Shown here: positions 19,765 through 28,189 of the stretch, piece by piece
How positions within the stretch are numbered: the first letter of the stretch is position 1
How the letters are laid out: every line of letters begins with the position of its first letter
NCBI GenBank assembly: GCA_040901985.1
Contig: JBBDYC010000008.1
Location: forward strand, 208,490 to 272,489
Source: Gemmatimonadaceae bacterium
GTDB taxonomy: Bacteria > Gemmatimonadota > Gemmatimonadetes > Gemmatimonadales > Gemmatimonadaceae
Direction of reading: 5' to 3'
DNA: 64,000 nucleotides
Program-made: the position numbers and the translations under genes
The notes under the pieces: model-generated
Told to the model about the DNA's origin: nothing
Databases searched by the model: none
Seen by the model: the letters and a program-made list of their open reading frames with translations, nothing else

Positions 19765-21639
19765 ATGCGTTCCTTCCATCGCCTTCTCCGGCCGGCGCTG
19801 CTCGCGCTGGCGCTCCTCCCTGCCGTCGCCGCCGCCCAGTTCGGCGGATTCGGTGGCGGCCAGCAGACCCCGCGCGACACGGTGCGACGCGTCCACGTGG
19901 TGCCCGGCCAGCGCGACGGTGCGAGCATGTTCCCGCTCACGAACTACCCGGAGATGCAGCCGAAGGAATGGGGCGTGATGGACTTCCAGCATTACCACAC
20001 GACCGCTGAGCTCAACTATTGGATGGAGCGCTGGGCGCGTGAGCGGCCGGAGCTCGTGGAGATGGTCGAGGTCGGCCGGTCGTTCGGCGACCAGCCGATT
20101 TACCAGTTGATCGTCACCAACACCCGGACCGGTGCGCACACCACCAAGCCGGCGGCGTTCTTCGAGGGGGGCCGCCACTCGGGGGAGATCACCTCGTCCG
20201 AGAGTGTGCTCTGGCTCGCCTGGCACGTGATCGAGAACTACGGGCGCGACGCGGCGATCACCAAGCTGCTCGACGAGAAAGTCCTCTATCTCCGGCCGAA
20301 CAACAATCCCGACGGCGCGGATATGTACAAGCTCACCGCGCAGGCCAACCGGAGCTCGGTGCGCCCCGTGGACAACGACGACGATGGCCTGTTCGACGAG
20401 GACGCGGGCGAGGACCTCGACGGCGACGGCCATATCCGCCAGATGCGGAAGTTTGTCGGCGCCGGGAAGGGCACGCACGTGGTGGACACGATGGACGCGA
20501 AGGGCCGCCTGATGCGCGCGGTAGGGACGGGCAACGGCGACTACCTGCTCTACCCGGAGGGCATTGATAACGACAAGGATGGCCGCTTCAACGAGGACGG
20601 CGTCGGCGGGCTGGACCTCCACCGCAACTATCCCTACAACTGGCGTCCGATGGTCGAGGCGACCGGCCGCGGCTTCACCCAGTTCGGTGCCGGCGAGTAC
20701 CCACTCTCCGAGCCCGAGACGCGCGCTGTCTTTCTCTGGCAGGTGCGCCACCCGAACATCAGCGTGACCAACTCGATGGACACACAGGTGCCGATGCATC
20801 TCCGCGGACCGTCCACCTGCGAGGAGCGCGAGTGCATGTTCCCGCAGGACCTGCGCCTCTTCCAGTACTTCGATTCGGTCGGCCTCTCGTTCACGAACTA
20901 TCCCTGGGCGGGCGACGTCTATCGCACCTATGCGACGCGCTCTGCGCCGCCGGGCGAGGGGCAACCAAATCCGCTCTTCGGCCACGGTCCGGACTTCGGC
21001 TACTTCCAGATGGGCCAGATCTGGTACGGCGACGAGCTCTGGAACGGCGGTCGTGAGCGCGACTACGACGGCGACGGGCGCGTTGACCAGTACGAGGTCC
21101 TCCGCTACTGCGACGAGGAGTTCGGCGGCACGTGCTTCCAGGCCTGGACGAAGTTCCAGCACCCTGACCTCGGCGAGGTCGAGATCGGCGGCTACAACCC
21201 GAAGTTCTATTCGCAGAATGGCCCGCCGCAGGTGCTCGAGAAGTGGGCGCGCAACCAGGCGCTCTTCAACCTCGCGATGGCGATGGAACTGCCGAAGGTC
21301 GAGATCACCGGGGTGCGCGTCGCGCGCGTGCGTGCCTCGGCGGACTCGGCGACGCACGAGGTGCGTGTCACCGTGCACAATGGCGGGCGGATCCCGACCG
21401 CACTGGAGCAGGCGAAGCGCGTGAAGATCGTCCGCCCCGACCTCCTCACCGTGAGCGGCCCGCGCGGCTCGACGGCCCGCCCGGTCGGCCGCCCGGTGGA
21501 ATTCCACCTCAACGGACGCGAGACCCGGACGCTGACGGTGCGCGTACGCGTCCCCGCCGGAGAGAGCGTGGAGATGCAGGCGCGGGTGACGAGTACGCGC
21601 GGCGGAGTGGCCGAGCGGGCGGTGCGGATCACGCCGTAG
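19765..21639 (+). CDS. Secreted M14 zinc carboxypeptidase with DxDxDG Ca-binding-like inserts
   Basis: Signal peptide; GGRHSGE, NNPDG, DLHRNY, SEPETRA. Confidence 0.88.
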   Translation: MRSFHRLLRPALLALALLPAVAAAQFGGFGGGQQTPRDTVRRVHVVPGQRDGASMFPLTNYPEMQPKEWGVMDFQHYHTTAELNYWMERWARERPELVEMVEVGRSFGDQPIYQLIVTNTRTGAHTTKPAAFFEGGRHSGEITSSESVLWLAWHVIENYGRDAAITKLLDEKVLYLRPNNNPDGADMYKLTAQANRSSVRPVDNDDDGLFDEDAGEDLDGDGHIRQMRKFVGAGKGTHVVDTMDAKGRLMRAVGTGNGDYLLYPEGIDNDKDGRFNEDGVGGLDLHRNYPYNWRPMVEATGRGFTQFGAGEYPLSEPETRAVFLWQVRHPNISVTNSMDTQVPMHLRGPSTCEERECMFPQDLRLFQYFDSVGLSFTNYPWAGDVYRTYATRSAPPGEGQPNPLFGHGPDFGYFQMGQIWYGDELWNGGRERDYDGDGRVDQYEVLRYCDEEFGGTCFQAWTKFQHPDLGEVEIGGYNPKFYSQNGPPQVLEKWARNQALFNLAMAMELPKVEITGVRVARVRASADSATHEVRVTVHNGGRIPTALEQAKRVKIVRPDLLTVSGPRGSTARPVGRPVEFHLNGRETRTLTVRVRVPAGESVEMQARVTSTRGGVAERAVRITP

Positions 21640-22474
21640 CGATTGCCGGGAAGCGTTGGGCGAGCCAAGCGCCGAGGCGCGCGTACACCGGCGCGGCGGC
21701 ATCGCCCTCGTTCAGGATCTCGTGGTAGAGCGCGTCGAAGCGCTCGGCCTCGACGACCGACGGCGGAGCGGCGGCGGCAAAGGCGTCGCTGCCGCGCGCG
21801 GCGACCAGCCGGTCGGCGCCTGAATAGAGGAGCAGCGTCGGCACGGTCCACCGCGGCGCCGCGGCGACCGCCGCCGCGCCGCTCGCCACGATCACCCGCG
21901 CGAGCCGCGCCGTCACGCGGTCGTGCACCAGCGCGTCCGCCCGGTAGGCTCGAACCACCGCCGCGTCGTGTGCGATAAAGTTCGAGTCGAGGCCGTTCCC
22001 GAGCGCGAGGTCGGGCGCCAGCGCGTGACCGACGACGAGCTGCAGGCGCTGGAAGGCATTGAGTCCGGCGTCGAGCGCGGGTGAGGTCAGGACGAGCCCG
22101 TCCACACGCCGGCGGTGCTCGGCAACGAAACGCGCCGCAATCGCGCCCCCCATCGAGTGGCCGAGCAGGACCAGCGGCCCGCCGGTCGGTCGCAGGTGGT
22201 CCACCACCAGCGCGAGATCGGCGAACGGATCGTCGGCGGTGCGGAGTCCGCCCCGACGACCGTCGGAAAGGCCGTGGCCGCGCTGGTCGAAGCCCGCCGC
22301 GTCCCAACCCCAGCCACGCAGCGCCGCGGCGACATTCGCGTAGCGACCGCTGTGCTCGCCGAGCCCGTGGACGATCAGCACCAGGCCGCGTGGCCGAGCG
22401 CCGGCCTGCCAACGCCGGACGGCAACGCGAGTTCCGTCGGGCGTAATCAGGGTGCTGATGGGGGCGTCGGACAT
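21629..22474 (-). CDS. Alpha/beta hydrolase (lysophospholipase/monoglyceride lipase-like)
   Basis: HGLGEHSGRY, DQRGHG, GHSMGG, YHEILNE. Confidence 0.9.
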   Translation of the reverse strand: MSDAPISTLITPDGTRVAVRRWQAGARPRGLVLIVHGLGEHSGRYANVAAALRGWGWDAAGFDQRGHGLSDGRRGGLRTADDPFADLALVVDHLRPTGGPLVLLGHSMGGAIAARFVAEHRRRVDGLVLTSPALDAGLNAFQRLQLVVGHALAPDLALGNGLDSNFIAHDAAVVRAYRADALVHDRVTARLARVIVASGAAAVAAAPRWTVPTLLLYSGADRLVAARGSDAFAAAAPPSVVEAERFDALYHEILNEGDAAAPVYARLGAWLAQRFPAIATA

Positions 22475-22556
22475 CGGCGTGGGGAGGGCTGGCACAATGG
22501 TAGCGCGCCCGTCAGCTTGCGGATATCCCGATTTCCTGACCGCCCGAGGGGCGCTG

Positions 22557-23255
22557 ATGCCAGTTTTCGCCGCCATCGCACTTCTTTTCGCCCTGGCGCC
22601 GCTCGCCGCTCAGGATGCGGTGGCGCCGGCGCCCCGGCCGGCGGCCAGCGAGCTGGTCGTGCTCGTACACGGTATGGGCCGGACCTCGTGGTCAATGCGG
22701 CCACTGGCCGAGGCGCTCGAGGATGCGGGCTTTGACGTGGTGAACATCGGCTACTCGAGTCTCTGCTGCAGCATCGCCGAACTTGGCGCCGCCGTGCAGC
22801 AGGAGCTCGCCGAGCACCGTGCGCCACAGCACCGCGTGGTGCACTTCGTGGGCCACAGCCTTGGCAGCATCATCGTCCGTTGGATCCTGACCCACGCGCC
22901 GCCGCCGGGCGTTGGTCGGGTCGTGATGCTCGCGCCGCCGAACCAGGGTTCGCACTCGGCCGATCGTTACACACCGGTCCTCGGCTGGTTGCTCGAGCCG
23001 ATGGCCGAGCTGCGCACCGACTCGTCGGCGACCGTGCGCACGCTTGGTCGCGTCACCGGCGTGGAGATCGGCGTGATCGCGGCGCGACAAGACGGCAAGC
23101 TGTCGCTCGAGGAGACCCATCTCCCCGAGGAGACCGCGCACACGGTGGTTGACGGCACGCACGCATTTCTGATGCGGCGTGCCGAAGTGCATCACCTGAC
23201 CGTCGGATTCCTGCGAACAGGACGCTTCGACGTTCCGGCGACGGCGGCGCGGTGA
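22557..23255 (+). CDS. Secreted alpha/beta hydrolase (esterase/lipase)
   Basis: LVHGMG, GHSLG, LAPPNQGS, DG, TH. Confidence 0.85.
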   Translation: MPVFAAIALLFALAPLAAQDAVAPAPRPAASELVVLVHGMGRTSWSMRPLAEALEDAGFDVVNIGYSSLCCSIAELGAAVQQELAEHRAPQHRVVHFVGHSLGSIIVRWILTHAPPPGVGRVVMLAPPNQGSHSADRYTPVLGWLLEPMAELRTDSSATVRTLGRVTGVEIGVIAARQDGKLSLEETHLPEETAHTVVDGTHAFLMRRAEVHHLTVGFLRTGRFDVPATAAR

Positions 23256-23641
23256 GCGCGCCGTCCGTGCCTCCGGCACCGGCACTCTACTACGACACCG
23301 AGTGCCCGCTCTGCACGCGGAGCGCGCGTTTGATCCGTCGCCTCGACCGGCGGGGGACACTACGATACGTGTCGCTGCAGGGACCCGACGGCCGGGCGCT
23401 CGTCGAGGCGCACCCCGCGCTGCGCACGGTGGATTCGGTCATCTGGTGCGAGCCCGCGGGGCCGGACGGCGTGCCGTTGCCGCTTGTGCATTCAGATGCC
23501 GTGCTCGCCGTTGCCGCGTACCTCGGTGGCATTTGGGCTGTGTTCGGGGTGCTTGCGCGGCTCGTACCGCGGCCGGCGCGCGACCGCGTCTATCGCTGGG
23601 TGGCCCGTCACCGGCCGCGCGCGGAACACTGCGCATTGTGA
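23252..23641 (+). CDS. DCC1-like thiol-disulfide oxidoreductase (DUF393)
   Basis: YDTECPLC, SDA, RD.VY.WVARHR. Confidence 0.88.
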   Translation: MSAPSVPPAPALYYDTECPLCTRSARLIRRLDRRGTLRYVSLQGPDGRALVEAHPALRTVDSVIWCEPAGPDGVPLPLVHSDAVLAVAAYLGGIWAVFGVLARLVPRPARDRVYRWVARHRPRAEHCAL

Positions 23642-23745
23642 GTCCAGGCGCGGTGGCACGAATCAGCCCTTGACGGCGCGGAGTTGGCATAGGAAACTGG
23701 CGCATCCCCCGCTCCCTCGCCCGCTACTGTGCGGAGGTTTCACTG

Positions 23746-24948
23746 ATGCGCCCGATCCTGACCTTCTGTGCGCTGGTGCTCGCGCTCCCGATTCCGCTGC
23801 AGGGCCAGCGGGAACGCGCGCCGCGCCGTCCCCGGCTGGCGGCCGGCGCCGACACGAACGACGCCCAGGCCTACCTGCAGCAAGGACACCGGGTGCTCGA
23901 GCAGAATCCCGGGGCGGCGGCGAACGCCTACTACTGGGCCGTGCGGATTGACCCGGCCTCGGCCGCCGCGCTCTACAGTCTTCGGATGGCCGTGCTGATG
24001 CAACGACCGACGCCATTCCGGGCCTATATGGAGGGGAATCGGCGCGTCATCTTCTCGCGGGAGATGCGGGCCAACGATTCGCTGATGTTCCGCGCGCTGC
24101 AGATGGACCCGTTCCTCCATCTCCAACACAGCCGGGTCGTGCAGTTCCGTTACTGGCGCCAGATCGTTGAGTCGGACCCGGCGCTGGCGGGCACCAACCC
24201 AGGCCGGGTGGACTTCATAATCGAGGACCTGTTCAACCGGACCCCCCCGGGCACCCGGGCGCGCCTCGCCGCCGCCGAAGGCCGCTTCGACTATGCCATC
24301 CGGCTCTACGGCGAGGCGATCGAGGCGTCGAAGAAGCCGGCGTACCTCTATCTCGATCGCGGCGGCGTGTACGCGCTCCAGGGGATGAACGCCCCCGCCA
24401 TTCGGGACATCGGCATCGGGCTGACCGAGCTGAAGAAGGAGGACGCCGACGAGGAAGAGGACGTCGTCTTCTACGACTCCAAGGCGCTGTACGAGTACAG
24501 CATCGGCGTGCTCTGGCTCCGTCAGGGCGACGTCGAGCAGGCGCGGCTGGCCTTTGGTCGCGCAATGGAGGAAGACCTCAGCTTCTATCCGGCGCACACG
24601 GCGCTCGCTCGTCTCGCGCTCGAGACGGGCGACACGGCGACGGCGCTCAGCGAGATGGCGCTGGCGGCCGAGCTCGCGCCGCGGGAGGCCGCCGTCCACT
24701 ACCAGCACGGCGAACTCCTGCTGGCCGCAGGCGAGGCCGCGGACGCGGTGGCGCCACTCCGCAAGGCGATTGAACTCGAGCCCTACTATGCCAACCCGCA
24801 GTTCACTCTCGCCGAGACGCTGGCGCGGACGAGCGATGCCGCCGGCGCGCGCGAGGCGTATCAGCGGTTCCTCGCCCTCGCCACGCGACGCGATCCACGG
24901 CGGGCCGCCGCCACTGCGGCGTTGACCGCCGACGGAGGTGCGCCCTGA
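23746..24948 (+). CDS. Secreted tetratricopeptide-repeat protein
   Basis: Signal peptide; several TPR-like units (LRKAIELEPYYANPQFTLA). Confidence 0.8.
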   Translation: MRPILTFCALVLALPIPLQGQRERAPRRPRLAAGADTNDAQAYLQQGHRVLEQNPGAAANAYYWAVRIDPASAAALYSLRMAVLMQRPTPFRAYMEGNRRVIFSREMRANDSLMFRALQMDPFLHLQHSRVVQFRYWRQIVESDPALAGTNPGRVDFIIEDLFNRTPPGTRARLAAAEGRFDYAIRLYGEAIEASKKPAYLYLDRGGVYALQGMNAPAIRDIGIGLTELKKEDADEEEDVVFYDSKALYEYSIGVLWLRQGDVEQARLAFGRAMEEDLSFYPAHTALARLALETGDTATALSEMALAAELAPREAAVHYQHGELLLAAGEAADAVAPLRKAIELEPYYANPQFTLAETLARTSDAAGAREAYQRFLALATRRDPRRAAATAALTADGGAP

Positions 24949-26525
24949 TGCGCCGCGTCCACGGACCTGTCACTGCGCTGCTGCTCGTGGCGCTCGTGGC
25001 GCCGGTCGTTGCTCCGCAGGGCGCGCCGACCGTCACGCGAGCCCGCACGGCCGCCGAGGACCTGCAGCTGTTCAGCCAGGTCTTCAACCAGATCCGCGTC
25101 AACCATCCGGACTCGATTGACTCGCACCGACTCTTTATGGCGGCGATCCAGGCGATGGTCCGGGCCACCGACCCGCATTCGTACGTAATCCCTGCGGTGC
25201 GGCTCGAGCCGGGCAAGGAGGCGCAGCTACGGGCGGGCCGGTTGCACCCGGTGCCAATTACCTTCGCGTTCGTCGGCGGGTCGGCAGTCGTCGTCTCGGT
25301 GGGCGCGGGGACCGACGCGAGTCGTCGCGACATCCTTGCTGGAGACGAGCTGGTGGCGTTCGACGGCCAGCCGATGCGCGCCGAGAGCGCGCTCGAACTC
25401 GAGATCACGCTCGCCGGTCCGCGTGGCAGCACGGTGGACCTGACCTTCGAACGCCGGCGCCTCGACGGCACCTACGCGTCCCTGATGCGGCGCGTGCGGC
25501 GCGAGCGCTATTCGGAGGAGACCGCGGTTCCGGCGGCTATGATGCTCGACGCGACCACCGGCTACGTGCGCATCACGACCTTCGACTCCGAGAAGGTCGC
25601 CGCCGACCTGCGGTCGGCGTTGCAACGACTGGAGCGCAACGGAATGCAGCGGCTCGTGCTCGACCTGCGCCAGAATGGCGGCGGCTACGTGGACGAAGCC
25701 GCCACCATCGCCGGGGAATTCCTCCCGACCGGCACCGTCGTCTACACCTCCGAGGGACGTCGCGCCTCGGCGGTGGACACCGGACGGGTCAAGCGGTCGT
25801 TCTGGCGCAGCGAGCGCCAGTATCCGATAATTGTGCTGATTGACGACGGCACGGCCAGCGCATCGGAACTGGTGGCCGGCGCACTGCAGGACCACGACCG
25901 GGCGCTGATTGTCGGCCAGCCGAGTTTCGGAAAATCGCTGATGATGACCGGATTCCCGCTCTCCGATGGGTCAATCCTCGTGCTCGTGATCGGCCAGATT
26001 CGAACCCCCTGCGGCCGGGCCGTGCAGCGGCAGTACCGGGACTTGACCGTGCGCAACTACTATCGGCTCGCGCTCGCCGAGCGCGATACGGCCGGTCGGC
26101 CCTCCTGCCGGACGACTTCCGGTCGCACCGTCTATGGCGGCGGCGGGATTTACCCCGACGTACGCACCGAACGACCGCTTGACGCGCCGCCCTGGTACCG
26201 TCGGCTCAACGAACTCGATGTCCCGCCCAGCTGGGTCGGCGGGTTCGTCACCGCGCAGGGAAATGCGCTCGGCACGCTCGAATCGTTTGCGAGCGCGCCG
26301 GCGCTCCCCGCCGGCACCGCCGACGCCTTCCGCACGTTCGCCGCCGAACGGGGCGTCGAGGTGCCGCGGTCGGCAGCCGACGACGCGAGGCTCGACCGCC
26401 TGCTCCTGCAGGTCATTGCGTACGCGAAGTGGGGGAATGCCGGACTGTACCAGGTCGAGGCGCGGATTGATCCAGATGTGACAGCGGCAATCCAGCACTT
26501 CGCGCTGATCCCGGCGCGTCCCTGA
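24948..26525 (+). CDS. S41 family C-terminal processing peptidase
   Basis: DPHS, PDZ-like region, LDLRQNGGG, TASASE (Ser), SFGK (Lys), GGGIYPD. Confidence 0.9.
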   Translation: MRRVHGPVTALLLVALVAPVVAPQGAPTVTRARTAAEDLQLFSQVFNQIRVNHPDSIDSHRLFMAAIQAMVRATDPHSYVIPAVRLEPGKEAQLRAGRLHPVPITFAFVGGSAVVVSVGAGTDASRRDILAGDELVAFDGQPMRAESALELEITLAGPRGSTVDLTFERRRLDGTYASLMRRVRRERYSEETAVPAAMMLDATTGYVRITTFDSEKVAADLRSALQRLERNGMQRLVLDLRQNGGGYVDEAATIAGEFLPTGTVVYTSEGRRASAVDTGRVKRSFWRSERQYPIIVLIDDGTASASELVAGALQDHDRALIVGQPSFGKSLMMTGFPLSDGSILVLVIGQIRTPCGRAVQRQYRDLTVRNYYRLALAERDTAGRPSCRTTSGRTVYGGGGIYPDVRTERPLDAPPWYRRLNELDVPPSWVGGFVTAQGNALGTLESFASAPALPAGTADAFRTFAAERGVEVPRSAADDARLDRLLLQVIAYAKWGNAGLYQVEARIDPDVTAAIQHFALIPARP

Positions 26526-26532
26526 CGGCAGT

Positions 26533-26574
26533 TTACGGCCGGACGCTTACGGCCGTGCGCTTACGGCCGCGTGC
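26533..26574. repeat. 14-bp tandem repeat x3 at a convergent gene junction
   Basis: ttacggccggacgc / ttacggccgtgcgc / ttacggccgcgtgc. Confidence 0.8.
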
Positions 26575-27154
26575 GGCGCACCGCGTCGTAGTCCGCCGGC
26601 GTGTCCACGTCTTGCAGCGCGGCCTGGGGCCAGTCGTGCATTCCGGCCTCGGCCCGGTGCGCCATCACGACACTCTTGCCGCAGCCCTCGCCCGTCCACG
26701 CGAGCAGTTCCGGCCAGAGCGCACGGCGGAAGAGGAGCGGCGGCGCAAGTACGTCGCCGTAGCGCGAGACCTGCAACGGTGCGGTGTCGGTCCGCGCCGC
26801 CTCCACCAGCGTGCCGATCATCGCCGCCGTCACGTGGACCATATCGGCGAGCAGGACCACGGTCGCGTCAACGTCCGTGCCGAGCGCGCGCAGGCCGGCG
26901 TGCAGTGACCCGCTTGTCGGCCCGGTGAAGTCGGGGTTCTCGGCGAACGCGACCTCAAGTCCCGCCAGCGCCTCGCGAAGCCGTTCGGGCTCGTGCCCGA
27001 GCACCACGACGATTGGCGAACATTTGGCGGCTTGTGCCCGCTCGACCACGACGCGAACCATCGGCGCCCCGTCCACCGGGAGCAGGAGTTTGTTGGTGCC
27101 CATCCGCCGCGACGCGCCGGCGGCGAGGATCACTGCGGCAATCGCCCCGCTCAC
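26561..27154 (-). CDS. Molybdenum cofactor cytidylyltransferase (MocA-like)
   Basis: ILAAGASRRMG.NKLL, LADM, DVDTPADY; Xdh operon context. Confidence 0.85.
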   Translation of the reverse strand: MSGAIAAVILAAGASRRMGTNKLLLPVDGAPMVRVVVERAQAAKCSPIVVVLGHEPERLREALAGLEVAFAENPDFTGPTSGSLHAGLRALGTDVDATVVLLADMVHVTAAMIGTLVEAARTDTAPLQVSRYGDVLAPPLLFRRALWPELLAWTGEGCGKSVVMAHRAEAGMHDWPQAALQDVDTPADYDAVRRTRP

Positions 27155-28185
27155 GCGTCGGGCGACGCGTCGAGATGGATCGGGGCGCGCCGCTCGCGCA
27201 GCGACTGCGGTCGCCGCCCGCTCCGCACCGCGAGCATCTCCGCCACCACGGCGATCGCCACCTGCTCGGCGCCGTCGGTGCCGATGTCGAGTCCCACCGG
27301 GCCGAAGATCCGCGACTCGTCCACCGCCGCGCCTTCCGCGCGCAGGATTCCAAGGATGCGCTCGGTGCGCTGGCGCGGGCCGAGGACGCCGAGGTAGCGC
27401 GCCGGACTCCGCAGCAACGCGCGCAGGTAGTCCGTGTCGTCGGCAAAGTGGTGCGTCATCACGACGGCAAAGCTGTCGTGGTCGAGCACGACCCGCTCGG
27501 AGAGCCGCGCGGCGTCAGTTTCCACGAGCCGCACGCGCGCCGGAAAGCGCTCCTGGGCGAGCAGTCCGGGCCGCCGGTCGGCGACCACGACACGAAATCC
27601 GACATCGGCGGCGACCGTGGCAAGTACGCGCGCGTCGTCACCGGCGCTGACAACGAGCAGCCGCGGCGGTGGCTCCAGCACATCAACGAAGCGCGCGTCA
27701 GCGCCTTCGCCGACCAGGCGCGAGTCGCCCTGCGACATCCACGCCGACGCCAACGCTCCGGTGAGCACCTCGCGCGCGCCACTCGAGAGCGTGGTCACCG
27801 CCACGAACGCCTCCTCCGCGTCGAGCATCGTCCGCTCGGCGGTTCGCACGTCGGCCACCGGCTCGACGAGGATCTCCACCTCGCCGTCGCACCCGACGCC
27901 AAGATCCCACGCCGCGATCTCGTTCGCGCCGCCACAGTACGAGCGGCGCTCGGCCACTCCCGACGCCATCACCCGCCGCGCCACCTCGCGGACGTCCTCC
28001 TCAAGGCAGCCGCCGCTGACATTGCCCACCGCGCGTCCGTCCGCTGCGACGACGAGCTTGGCGCCTTCGTGGCGATACGCCGAGCCGCGTACGCGCACGA
28101 CCGTCGCCAGCGCGCACTTCACGCCGGCCGCGCGCCACTCGGCCAGCTGGTCGAACACCTGGCGCGTCTCGAGCCAGCGCTTCAC
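27151..28185 (-). CDS. xdhC: XdhC/CoxI family molybdoenzyme maturation factor
   Basis: ATVV...GSAYR..GA, VSGGCLE, VMTH, YLGVLG, PVGLDIG; GTG start. Confidence 0.88.
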   Translation of the reverse strand: MKRWLETRQVFDQLAEWRAAGVKCALATVVRVRGSAYRHEGAKLVVAADGRAVGNVSGGCLEEDVREVARRVMASGVAERRSYCGGANEIAAWDLGVGCDGEVEILVEPVADVRTAERTMLDAEEAFVAVTTLSSGAREVLTGALASAWMSQGDSRLVGEGADARFVDVLEPPPRLLVVSAGDDARVLATVAADVGFRVVVADRRPGLLAQERFPARVRLVETDAARLSERVVLDHDSFAVVMTHHFADDTDYLRALLRSPARYLGVLGPRQRTERILGILRAEGAAVDESRIFGPVGLDIGTDGAEQVAIAVVAEMLAVRSGRRPQSLRERRAPIHLDASPDA

Positions 28186-28189
28186 GCGC

